A program made the translations under genes and the position numbers. From contig NMRA01000035.1 in the NCBI GenBank assembly GCA_002633005.1, forward strand, positions 248,001-312,000: a DNA stretch of 64,000 nucleotides. Direction: 5' to 3'. The DNA comes from Phoronis australis. Lineage: Eukaryota; Animalia; Phoronida. Positions 1 through 12,573 of the stretch are shown in pieces. The notes beneath the pieces are model-generated. The model saw only the letters and a list, made by a program, of their open reading frames with translations. It did not search any database and had not been told where the DNA came from. The stretch's first letter is position 1, and each line of letters opens with the position of its first letter.

Positions 1-3000
1 CTGCATGTTAGCGTAAAGTGCCATTTCTCGGCTGTTTGGCCGTCATTGTTGAATTCTTAACCAAAGCACCTTCAGGTTTAAAACCATCAGCATACTTCTA
101 AGATGCTATACTTGTGAAGCAGGAGTAACTCAAGTCATAGGCAAAAGCGTACATGTGCCATTTTTCGAATTGGCAATTTTACAGTTAGTCAGTCTCAATA
201 AACTCTGACGCAAAAAGGAATACTACGAGTCTGATTTTATCAGCTTTTACTTAAAAGTGACTTAGGTCATGTTTCACTTTTTGTACCAAATTACCTAGGA
301 AATATAATTTGAAATGGTAAATTAGACCGTCATTAGAATATTTTCCATTTCCCTTTGCCCTGCCCTCGTTCACCTGAGTTGGGGAGACAGCAAAAAAAAT
401 TTCTACTTTCATTGGCAGGGTATGCTCTTTTATGGCAATCTTTACCATAAATTTACAATTGAAAAAAATCCTTTGATATATTGCAAGTAAAACGTTAAGT
501 GGAGCCCTACATATTTTACCATTGGTGAGACAAGTGGAAATAAACTTTCATTTTCTACCTCATCACATGAAGAAGAAGGTATCACACAGCTGGCAGGTAT
601 CTGTTTACTCTCCAAACAACGAAACCACTGCTCCTCACAACGTATCCAAATAAAAAGCAAAATTTCCCTCCTTAACCTTTAGCCCGATACAAGGCACCAA
701 GCATGCTTCACAAGGTGTGTGAAAACATTCCTCTTAACCAACAAACCATGTGATCAAAACAGGCAGACAGTGTTAGGCGGCTGCTAGAGCTATTTCTAAC
801 AGGTACACTGCATTAAATACACCGTGGGTCCGTTTCATGGTAGTGACTGAAGACAGAAATTTGGCCTTACGCTTCCAATCCACAGTTGCCGAATAAAGGT
901 TTTGCCAAGAAATTATGAGCGCGTCTAGACAGAAATAGTTGTGTAGACCATAATAAGACCAAATCCCTGTCTCAAGTCTAAGCCACACTAAAAGTCTTTC
1001 ATTTCAGATAAAAATCTTTCACGATAGCATACAAAGTGCCTAATTTTCATTACTCTGAAATTCTCAGCAAAAACACATCGTGCCCGTAAATGGTTAAAAC
1101 TTTAAAAACCTTAACTCACCAAGATATATTTTGCAGAACCGTAACTTTTGAAACTTGAAGCATTAAGTTAAAAAATTTGGACAACCTTTCCACAAACTGT
1201 TAAAACAATCTTATTTAAAACAAATAGTTGCAAATAATTCTATGCCTCTGGTTTCAAAGCGCCTCCGTTTTGAATTTTGTGTAGAATGCCTGAGCCACAT
1301 TATGTTACCCTATACCAGTCCTCTAGGCTTGCACTCCACAGGACAGCTATTAGACTAGTACCTTACAGAGACCAGCCAACTCTGATATGTACCAAAAACA
1401 CATGGGTCTCCTGACACAATTAATGGTAAATTAGTAAAAAGTAAAAACGTCAAATCCCACTGGACAAGCTTTCTACTTTCAAAACATACGGACATACGTT
1501 TAGAGTTAAAATCAATAGTTTTGTACCGTTATTTGACTCAATACGCCAACTTGTCAATACGGGCTCACAGTGTAGAACAGCTAATTGTTTGAATCGATCT
1601 CATTGACATCTGGATGAACCTCAGTTGATGGGTTAGTTATCTAGGAATGCACGAAAAGACTGGAATCCAGGGCTATACAGCTGTGTGTAATCGCTCATGG
1701 CAATGGGGACTGTGTGCCTCATGAAGATCATGTCAAACAGAATAGTTGATGTAAAAAGCTTACAGGGGACTTTGGAAAATATTCGAATGTGCCTGCGGGA
1801 CTTTACAACAGTAACTACGACGGGTTTAGCCTACTAGTAACTGCATGTGTTGGAACTTATCCTCAGTCTGTCACAGCGTCACCTATATGAAAAAGTGGCC
1901 CTGTGGATTGATGATGAGCGGTACGCAAAAATCCGTGTGGGCATCAGTGCGCATGACTTGGTTAGCATGTTTGTCGTGTATATATATCTATAGGAACAAA
2001 CCGGAAAAGAATACTGAATCGTTTTGTTGTTTTATGTGGAATGCATTGATTTAGTCTCTTCTTGTGGTTACAGCAACTGTGAGCCACAAAGGAATTTCTC
2101 AATAGATGGAGCAGTACACTCTGACTACAGCATTTCTCAAATATATTTGCAACTCTGGAGTCCTACACAGCACTGAGCACATAGACTACATTACGTCTAG
2201 TCAGTCACAAAATTCAAACTTGACTGAGTCAAGTTAGCAGAGAACTCCATTTCCACTTGGTCTGTGGTTTTATCGTGTGTAAAATTGGAAAATGCCCAAA
2301 TGTAGCTTGTAATGTCATATCTCAGAAATGGCTGATCAGATTCCAATGAAACTTTCAAACACTGTCCTTAATATGTACATTTCTCCAAAATACTACAATG
2401 AATTATCATTGAAATGTTATTTAGCTACGGATGTACGTTTCGAAGACATGGTCATACGACCCAATCAATGAGATTGATATAGCGTCAAACATCAAATCCT
2501 TCAGGCTTTGTACTTTCAGAAAACATACTTTTACCAAGTTAAAATCTACAGTTTCGTAGACAATTGACTGAATAGCAGACTTGTCAATAATTTAGACACA
2601 TAGGATAACCAGGCAATATACATATTGCTTAATTGTAAAGGACAAGCCAGTTCACAAGAAATTGAAAGCCAGAGCTACAAATACCACAAAGCTGGCTTTG
2701 CAATTAAGTAATGACGTAGATGTTTCTTTACTGCAATTTCAGTCAACCACTACAATCCCAAGAGGCATTAGATGGCTAATCCTCAGGATTGTGAGCATTG
2801 CATTAGGGGAATGTCATGTGATCCTAGCATTTTACAAATACTGATACTACTTCAGACACACTTGATGCAACTGCTGAGCAAACAGCAGGCCTGCTGTGCG
2901 ATGGATTGTGCTCTCAGCCTGTGTTTTCATTGGTTAAACCTGGGCTCAGGGGTCAAAATTGGAAACTGAAATAAGTGAGACAACAGTCCCACCTTCCTTC

Positions 3001-3810
3001 CATCTCCAGCCAGTCAAATGGAGTTTAAGCCAACAGCAAGATCTAAACCTTCATACCATGAGCAAAAACACTTGATCGCAACATAACATCCCCTCTAGAC
3101 ATCAGGGCTATGTCAGAACTCCATGGAAATTACTCAGTGTTTAAAAATTAAACAAAAATGTTCACTACAACATGTACAGATAAACAAGATGATTTACACC
3201 AACCACAGCTCCTTCTTAGCGAAAACAGTCTTAAACAAGCAAAAATCAACTTCATTGGAGGTATATGCCTGCCCAAAGTCAAGGAGAGATGTTGAAGAGA
3301 GCAATTGCTCTTATAACTGTTACTTAATTATTCCAGCTCCTTACTTCTTAGTACAAATTCAGCTCCTGCTGTTTAAAACAAGGGTCTCACTGTAGTGCAG
3401 TAAGAAATAGAACAGTAGTAAAGCTCCACTACAAAACCAGTAGCTACCCCTCACTGTTGCACATCCTGAACACATCACCAGACTATCAGCTAATAAAAAC
3501 ACCACAAACCCTGTTGTTTGCATCATCCAACGCCAGGGCACACTCTTACCATCCCATCGGCAAACCTTGAAATCCACTCTGCAAGTTTCCGGAACATCCT
3601 CAACCTTGACAAATTGCCGCCACAAACAATGGCACATTGACAGCCGTAACTTTCCTAACTGATTAACTGGCCAAACAGGACTTATTGGATTAACCAACTG
3701 GATGAGAATCAATCGAAAAGTATTCAGTCGGGAAGCATATGTAAATTGTTGTTCTGATCGATTGTGTAGTAATTGATCAGAAGCTGCAACAGGGGATTGG
3801 TCGAAATTTC

Positions 3811-4079
3811 TACTCATACAGTCCTGGCAGGGTCTCTCGCTTTCACTCATACAGTCCTGGCAGGGTCTCTCGCTCCTACTCATACAGTCCTGGCAGGGTC
3901 TCTCGCTCCTACTCATAAAGTCGTGACAGGGTCTCTCGCTCCTACTCATAGTCATGACAGGGTCTCTCGCTCCTACTCACATAGTCGTGGCAGGGTCTCT
4001 CCCTCCCACTCATACAGTTCTGGCAGCCTCTTGCTCCTACTCATACAGTCCTGGCAGGGTCTCCCTCACTCCCACTCCC
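3811..4079. repeat. 33-bp minisatellite, about 8 copies, in the PKA-RI intron
   Basis: Unit ACTCATACAGTCCTGGCAGGGTCTCTCGCTCCT; explains repetitive ORFs 3359-3955 and 3773-4153. Confidence 0.95.
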
Positions 4080-6342
4080 AAAAATCTGACTGGGCAGAAT
4101 ATCACTTAGATAATATGGTAATGCTATATTTATTTAGCACACAAGGTGACTGACAAGCAAAATTCTATTTTGTCAAATTTTTCCACAAAGACCAAGACTA
4201 AGAAAACTTTAGTCTATTACCAACAAGCAACAATTTTAATAGTAAATTTTCTATACTTTGCACTACGTTATCAGCCTTGGAGAAATGGAAAATTTAAATT
4301 TTGGCAATTTTTTGCGTGCGAAACAAGTGGAGAATTACCACTTACTATTAGCCTTGATTTCACTTAATCATATATTTCGCCCGTTTTGAGTTGATGTCAT
4401 GCCAAACTTATTTTAGGAAAATAACATTTGGCAATCTTGTTTTAGTGCAGATGCAAAGTAATATACTGACTGCCCAGTTGGTACGCATAAAACCCACCCA
4501 TCGGCCCTGCCAAGCACAGTTACTGCAACTCAAAAGCTACGTAATTTTACCGAACTTTGTAGCTCAAAATTTATTTTGTTGAAATATCAATGTGATAAAT
4601 ACTGACAAATCTTCAATTCCAGACGGGACAATCCTGACCAGAGGAATCTAACAGTGGGCAAACACTTCATTCACATAGTGCTACGATGCAAAAATGGAGG
4701 TCCCACCCCAAGTAAAAAAATGGGTTCCATCCCCCTATACCCTCCTTCTTGGGATTCAAACCTGGACTTGAAATAGCTGATTACGGTATGAACGCTACAC
4801 AGTAATGTAGGCCTGATTCAATAATTCACTTAATTACCTACAAAAAACATTAAAGGAAGATATATGAATGCTTGTAAGCAAAAGTTCATTCACAGATACT
4901 TAAGGTGCAAGTATTGTGACCAAATGGTTGGTGAAAAACAAGGGTCGACAAATCTGGGGCTTGCAAGGAAGGCAAACAGTTTTTCACGTTACTAACCTTC
5001 ACTAAAAATACAATTAACACAAAAAGCTTGTGAAACCTTAGTAAAGGTAATACAGAGAGGTGGAAAGGGCAAAACATGTGAAAAAAGAAAAAACAACCAT
5101 GTTTGTAACTTGAATTTACAAAACAAAATTTAATTATATTCTAAATAGGATTGAATTTATTAAATAGGGTTGAATATACAACACAGGATTGAAATTTTTT
5201 TCCACAATTATGCCCTTTCCACCCCTCATAACTATCAAAACAGTTGCTTAGTCTTAAAGTTTAAAATGTTTGTAATGGGCTATGGCAATTATAAATCTGA
5301 TTTGAAATGAGCTAGGAAGTGTATAAATTTATAATTTGACTAAGTAAAACAGAGCAATCCAGTACAAATGGATTAAGGCAAAATTTAATTAAAAAGCTTG
5401 TTTATTCTTTGTGCTGTTGTTTAACAGCGTTAGAAACAGGGACAGGTAAGGGTTACAAGGAAAAACATGAACACAAAGCAGAACGTGACAAACATCATAT
5501 CCAGCCAACTCCAACTACTTTTGGGCATGAAAACCAATGGTCAGGGGACTCATTAACTGTACTAACACATCATCTTTAGCATCGGGAATGATTATCATAA
5601 TTAGATCATTTTCCAATATCTCAAATGCGTTAAGTCACAGGAGACATTGGGGGAGTTTATCAACCTGTCTTCACACCATTCCAGGGTTCTTACATTTGTG
5701 TGTGCACACAATAGAAAAGAAAGGGGCAAACTGCTAGTCTTTGGCAACAATTACCTAATCAGTGAAAAGGATACAGTACCTACATGAAGGTCTTTCATAG
5801 AGGTTACTCAAGTGTAACAGAAATATACCAGGGACCAGAGCCTAGCTGTTAAGTTTTTAAGGCTTGAACAGAGAACATTATTCCAATATTTGATTAGGAC
5901 GAGATACAACTTAAATTTATTTTTCCAAGCTGCCCCTCAAGTAGACTGCTCATGATTTGAATGTTATAGTTTTAAACATTTGTTGACAAAGGACAAACAT
6001 TCAAGATTTCACAAAACTAATCAAGACTAGTGGTGCAAAGATTCCACGGTTTGTTGCTGTTACTGCCACTAAACAAAACCATCTAATCAAAATCAATTCT
6101 TAGACAATGAAATTGATTCTGCTATAATGGTTTTTAAATCTCACAACCAGGGCAATGTCATCTCTAGCAGTGAAGTGCAGCAGCATTTGATGTTTTCTAG
6201 AAACAGAACCTCTCATAGCAAACAACCTTGCCAGTACACAGGGTAACCCCCCCTCAATCGCCATCAATTCCATCTTCCTTGAAACAACAATTCCCCTACA
6301 CCCCCATCGCCTCCCTTACCCCCCACCACTAGTCACCATTGT

Positions 6343-6407
6343 CACCAATTCCACCCATGCTCACCAACCAAATTCCACCCATGCTCACCAACCAAATTCC
6401 ACCCATG
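6343..6407. repeat. 24-bp tandem repeat, about 2.7 copies
   Basis: AATTCCACCCATGCTCACCAACCA at 6347, 6371 and partially 6395. Confidence 0.9.
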
Positions 6408-7829
6408 GCCGCCTAAAGTATCCAAATCTACATTTTCTGTAATGGTTTCAAATCCTAGTCAGGGCAGTCGGATAGCAAGGGGCTCAGCTGGCTGCCTCAA
6501 GTGGAAGGTAGCCGAGCTCACAGCTCACATCAAGAGGTGAACATGGAACGACTACTTCATTCAACAGTGGATGTATTTAAATGTCTCTACATGAGGAGGT
6601 AACTCGACTAACTTGCAATTGAAGTAGCCATCTAAGCTCTAAGATCTTTGACAACGCTGGCCTGAATGCACTGTTTAAAGCAAGAGTGTGTTCCATAGTA
6701 TGTTCAAGAGCCTACTAACATGACTTGGCAGGCAATGGTTGGTCAGAGGTTGGACTGTTCAATTGCGGGATAGAATTCAGAATTTTTACAGCCTTGACCA
6801 CCCACTATTCTTAGTGGTACCACATGGACTAGCCTCAGTAGGATGTCCGGTAGTGAACCCAGGACTTCTATCAATGATCAATAGATGAAATCACCTGTGA
6901 TGCAAGAAACTGTCCCATATCCTGTTTTACACATTTAGGTTGGAAACCTTGACTGTGAACTGTGGACTTTTGGAATTAATAAAATATTCTAATGTTGATT
7001 GTTTATGGGAGTGAAAACTGATTTTAACCTCAACAAGACTTTTTGATTATTCAAGTGACTTTTAGGGGCTGCTGAGGATAATTTTGCTTATTTTCAAAGT
7101 TTCTTCAGTGTGAAATGAGGCTAATAATCCCATCAAACTAAAGGCATCGAAGGCCCTCATCCCAAGGACTTTGATGACTTCTGTTCAATCACTCCACAAA
7201 AGTGTATAGAGGGCAACGATTTGCTTGGAGTAAACATTATTTGTTAGTCTGGACCGAAAATTCTTGAGAAAATTGTCAAGTCCAAGGAACACAGCTATAG
7301 CTAGCTAATTCACCACCCTAGTTTGGCCATATTATACTGGTACGCCTTCCATGTACCTAGTAGTAGTTTGTACCGATCCGCACCAAACGTTTGCCACACA
7401 CTAAAAGTTATGATTAGCTGAGTTCAAATAACTATGATTGAAGAACATATCAGTACAATCTTAAGACCTCAACCCAATCAGACCACTAAAAGTCACTCAA
7501 TGGGGCACTGGCACTTCACATCTTCATTGACAGGCTGAAGACACTGTAAAGTGTAACTACAACTGACACTGGCACTGCATTGTCGCACGAGGCACAAGTC
7601 TAGATGGTGACTGGTCTTGTCAGCAGTGGCAGTGTGGTGTGTCCTAAAACTGTAGGGCCTACTAATAAACTGTCAATCACAAGAGCAAATCCAAAGAATA
7701 GGGTCGTTGGCTGTCGCAGTTTCGTGCACACGTTTCGTACACGACTGGGCTATTGTACTTGACCAGTTGTAGACGCTGACAGTTGTCAGTTCGTGGCGTG
7801 TGGAAACTTAAAACTTGAAAAACACTTAC

Positions 7830-7997
7830 CTTTTCCAAGTTTTCGAAATGTTGTCGAAGAAATTTGATTGGGTTATCAGGCCTGGTAATGCATAGCTGTA
7901 CAATACATTCTTTTAGAATTTGTTGAATGTTGTGAGACTGCACGTACGCTTCGCATTCTTTCAGCGATTGTTCCTCATCAGAGTGCGAGGCAGCCAT
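7830..7997 (-). CDS. PRKAR1A: cAMP-dependent protein kinase type I regulatory subunit, first coding exon (dimerization/docking domain); gene continues beyond the left edge
   Basis: 56 codons [56 protein letters not shown] match the RI-type D/D domain with its two Cys, ending in a phase-0 AAG|GTAAGT donor after LEK as in vertebrate PRKAR1A. No exon 3 (RRRGAISAE) found in 1-7829. Probably co-orthologous to PRKAR1A/B. Confidence 0.93.
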
Positions 7998-8287
7998 GAT
8001 GGAAAGTTGGGTACCCAAATACGCCGCAAGAGGTCACTCTTTTGATCAACAACAAACTTGACCCGTGCCATATTATTTGATTTAATAATGCCCCACAAAG
8101 CAGGCGATTTAGACCAGAGTGCCACAACACCCCTGACATCACCAGCAGTTGCAGTCTCGCCATCCACACATTCTTAGAGTGGCGACCCGGTACCTTTGCC
8201 CTCCCCCTACCTGAAATCCGGCACGCCGGGGGTCAGCGGCCGGCCGCCGGTGTGCCGGCACCACCAAGGCCCGCCGGAGTGGTCGAA
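7998..8287 (-). other. Probable 5' UTR part of the PKA-RI D/D exon
   Basis: Strong minus-strand acceptor T10-CAG at 8288-8300; GC-rich sequence between it and the ATG at 7997. Confidence 0.6.
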
Positions 8288-9645
8288 CTGAAAAAAAAAA
8301 CTCGCCATATATTCAATGAATCACACCAAGACATGCGCCTCGAACTCAGTCTTAAAATGTAAAATTGTATTGACCAAAAACAACAACATTTTATATTCAT
8401 CGAAAATTACTGAGGTGAACTCATTTAGTTGATGCCACTTAATTATTTGATTCTCAAGAATTCAAAGATAAGTAATCGAGGCTTTTGAAAAATTAAATGC
8501 AAATGAAAGCACTGTTGATAAAGAGGGAACTTCATAGGAAGCTCATCGAAGTGTATGTAGGCCTACTCAGATTTCTGCGAGTTTTGAACTCTGAAGTGCC
8601 AGTCATCATGATTGATCAAATTTACCTACAACGAGAAATAAATTATGATTTTTTTGGGGGAGAACCATCAGCCTCATTCATGTTGAATTCTTAACTTGAA
8701 AGACGCGCGGGTGTGTACTGTCTCCAATGTGTGTCAGCCCAAAAAGTCAACTAGTTACTTTTTTCTCAGTGGAAAGCTACATAGATTCATTGGTTTTAGA
8801 TGTTCATTTTTATGTATCCACGAAAATCGCATCATGACTAACGATTTTTTGTCAATTAGAATTGGTCTTACGAAAAATTGATGCTTCTGTCATCATCACA
8901 AACTCGGCTACCCGTGTTCCAACATCGGGTTCTGAAACAGCCCCTAAGGCCAGGGACGATCAGAACCCAACCCTTTAAAAATGAACCTTAAAAGCATGTC
9001 CCTAATTAAGCTGGAGCCTCAAAATTGAATCTTGACTTTAGGCCTCAATTTTACTCTCCGAAATTGACGAATATAACTGAAGTTTCCGAGATGATATTCC
9101 CCCACTTTATCCAGAGCTGTATCGTGATAATGTTTCTCCGCATATTTTCTGTATTTCGCAGCCCACGGTCGAAATTTCTTTAGTCATTTTTGCAGCCCCT
9201 AAAGAGTGATTTTGAAAATACACCTTCTTGGCCTACTAAAAGTCAAAATCATACCTTAACGCGTAACGCGTTCAGGTCTAAATCGTTGAAATACTAGTAA
9301 GGGTTTCTATAGTGGTTGCATCCTTGGGATCTGCCTCCACTCCCAAACAGCAAAGTCAGCTAGCCTATGGGGCTGGAAGTGGTGGAGATAGAACAGAATT
9401 GTTAATTTGTAACCATGGAGAAGGGGGGCTGAAAAAATTTGGCGAAGTCAGTTGTCGGACCTCCTCTCATTATGCTTTCCTTCCTACAGGCCTTCAACGA
9501 CACGAGGTATAGTTGGTAGATCTTTTAGAATGGTGTACTGAACTTTTGAAACTATTTTTCTCAGTAATAGGATTAGATATGCGTGTGTGTGCGTGTGTGA
9601 AAGTGTGTCCTTTTGTAAATGTTTTTTTCTTCAGTAATTGTTTAC

Positions 9646-9800
9646 CTTTCACGGTTGACGTAGACGGTAGCGAAGCCATGATTCTTTTGCGGTGGACAAC
9701 GTGAACAAAAATTTGCCCTGTGCGTCTCCGCCTGGCTCACTAAAATTCCCCTCTTGGGCCCCTAATTTCCCCCAATCACGCCGGGTCAAACACGTGCGCT
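9646..9800 (-). promoter_or_regulatory. Candidate first exon/promoter region of the PKA-RI gene
   Basis: CpG-rich patch ending in a minus-strand AAG|GTAAAC donor at 9646/9645; upstream boundary approximate. Confidence 0.35.
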
Positions 9801-11295
9801 TTAATTTGTTGCAAGTACTGCATTACAAATAGACAGCGGCATATCCATTTTCTCCGTATACAGGTTTCGGTCCACTGCCGGCGTAACAAGGAGGAATGAA
9901 GTCGAGGGACTGTGGCATTTTATACATTACGTTGACTCATGAAATTGATATCCTGCCGCACTGTATGAAATTAGCAACACCCCATTAAAAACTGAAACGA
10001 CTACAGTAATTTTAATTTTGCATACTGAAACAGAGATAGATTTAGTAATCTAATTACTCACAAAAAGTTGGGACATTTTGATGGTGCAGCGGAACGCGAG
10101 ACGCCAAAAGCGGGAAAAAGTTGACTACTATATGCAAACTTTTGTTTCAATACGTAATTCAGCTGGGTTTTAGACCAGCTTCAACTGACTGTAGTGAGAA
10201 ACAGGATTGGACCGGGAAACAGTGTCACTTTTAAGCAAAACGTTTGTCTGATCGGGCACAATTTTAGAAAAGGTAGTGGCCTCATGCCAGCAGCATAGAT
10301 TCATGCATAGGTTTTACTTTTTTAGTTTTAAAAAATAAAAAAACTTGAGAATGCAAAGCTGTCAATTTTATGAATTGATACCGGTTATAGGGACATTATT
10401 GATTCTAAGACAGAAAAACGCATTTTGGAGATTATGTTGGACAGGAAAAACCTATCGAAGTCATTTGCTTTGACCAGGGCTATAAAACAACGAAATCCGT
10501 TGGTTTTTTCGATTTTATTACAAATCGTCAGTTCTTACCGTTGTCTGCCAGACCATCTCTGAAATCCGGACCGATGACTTTATCCCTGAGTCAAATAGGT
10601 CTTCACTCAAATATGTCATTTTTGAGCTGGATATAGCTCCGTCAGCAAAGCATTTCACTGCGACCGCAAGAGTTCCAAGTTCGATTTCGATTTTCAAAAA
10701 AATCACTTTTCTCGCCGCTAATGGCCCTTTAAGAAAATGGAGTAAAACACGTAGACTTGTGTCCAAGAAGTCGTCATTGGACATTTTCGTTTCATTTGAA
10801 TTATCAGTGACCATCATAGAAGTTGACAACATTTTCGTTTGAAGAATGTCTTACAGCAACCACTAAATATACAACTACTGCTTAGAAAAAGATGTGTGGC
10901 TGCTTATTGGTCAAAGAGCACCAGCCTTTTGTCTGATATTAAATTCCCTAAGACTACTACTTAAACGGACTAAGGCTTACATGTCTCTGTGTGAAAGCGA
11001 AGCCTGGAAAGAAACAGTACCGCTGTGGCCTGAGTGCTTTACCCACTGAGTTTGGACATCAGCCGGCCATTATGAGTCAAAACGACCAAATTGTTCTTAA
11101 CACCAATTTTGTTGACAGATATAAAGTGCTTATTTGGTGCCTCCATTATTTATTGAAACTTATGGAGAACTACCAAGACGTAATAGAACTCACATGCGCG
11201 TACTCAGCCTTTAGTTTGGGGGAGGGGGCTCGAATTGCTGACGAAGTGGACCTTTTGCTAACAGAAAAGCTGGTGGACTAAAAAAACGGGGTACC

Positions 11296-11501
11296 CAGTG
11301 GCGGCTCTAGGATTTTGAGTTAGGGGGGGGGGNATAACCAAAATTTCGGCAAACGCGCCCGCCCAGCCTAAAGCGTGGGGATGCAGCAGTCTCGAATTTT
11401 TGGACCTGTTGACTAAAAAAATGAAAGCGCTCCGAGGAGCGACACTTGGCGAAATTACTCTTTGATATTGAAGGGTCCCTCTTGAAGAGTACCCGCCCAT
11501 G
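11296..11501. mobile_element. hAT-like MITE relic (CAGTGGCGG family)
   Basis: Starts CAGTGGCGGCTCTAGGATTTT..G-run like 36571, ends CCGCCCATG; contains N at 11333; no clean TSD. Confidence 0.5.
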
Positions 11502-11889
11502 ATTAAATTACTCTTGTAACGCCTTTCCTGGTATGTGTCAGTCATGTTAAAGTGTGTCCCTCTCCGAGGCTCCCAATAATGGCATCCAATATTGCCACAC
11601 TATTTCTGTGTTTTAGAATGTTACACCCTAGCTCTTATAAGAGCCACAGTGAGGGAATAACTTATAAACGCTATGGGCCATCATTCTCGGCTGTTGGATT
11701 GGTGCCCCGCCTCATATTGAATCATGAAATCATATTTCAACAGTCCGTCGTGTTTTTTGTACTGAATTATACATAATTTCAAAGCGTCGGCCATTATACC
11801 CGTGTTTTCTTTTCAAAACGGAGAGTTTTGGTTTAGGCAACTGGCGTTATTTTTTATAAAAATTGGTTTTCTTAATTTTACTTGATTTC

Positions 11890-12096
11890 TATGGGCGTCG
11901 GAAGAATTGATACATTCTTGAGGCGGACCCGGCGGCTGTATTCTACGCTCGACTGAGGCCACCGGTCACTGCGCCGGTTTCCGAACACGGTGTTAAGGAA
12001 TAACGAACTCTTGCGCAATCACTGCACTTCTTCGTAAGGGACGAGCCCAAAGGGTGAAAAGGGTATAAATCAAAGAGCAAATTGTACGTCGTTCAG
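11890..12096 (+). promoter_or_regulatory. Candidate non-coding first exon/promoter of LENG8
   Basis: CpG-rich patch ending in CAG|GTACAA; next acceptor (branch CACTAAC 12482, CAG 12531) precedes the ATG exon. Start approximate. Confidence 0.4.
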
Positions 12097-12573
12097 GTAC
12101 AAGAAAAAATTACAAGACTTTCTGTTTTCAGAAAGTGTATACTTTATTGAGTTAAAGTTTACGATCTTATTTGGTGAAATGCACCCGAGACTTTTCTATA
12201 AGGTCCTACGCATAGACATCTTATTTTTAAAGTGTTCTGTGGTCCTGCATAGGCTCACTACTAGCTATACAACGCCCGTGTTTCATTCTAGAGTATGCCG
12301 ATAGAAGACGCTGCTTGTACACGCGCATTAATTTAGTATTACCAACTACACTCCTTGGTATTACCATACAAATAAAACTGCAAAAACCAATAACCAGCAA
12401 TGCTACTGCTTGATAAGGAATATTGACCAATTTCAATTCCATGAGTGTTTTTTGGAAGAATTGAATAGCATTGTCAATCTGCACTAACGCACTATTTTCA
12501 TCACAATTCATCTGTGACGTCAAAATCTCAGGAAATCGCCATTTTGAAGAGTCAAGAACATCAAGGAGCAGTA

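Noticed and set aside
672-1097. TTAACC...GGTTAA piggyBac-like ends
   Set aside because: Inverted match too short and degenerate.
3811-4079. CRISPR-like periodicity (also 51533-51924 and 54050-54245)
   Set aside because: No unique spacers, no cas genes, eukaryotic context.
3359-4153. Longest ORFs (198 aa minus, 126 aa plus)
   Set aside because: Produced by the 33-bp minisatellite; no domain similarity.
11920-12060. Possible structured ncRNA (snRNA or HDV-like ribozyme)
   Set aside because: No match to motifs I can recall; better explained as the LENG8 first exon.
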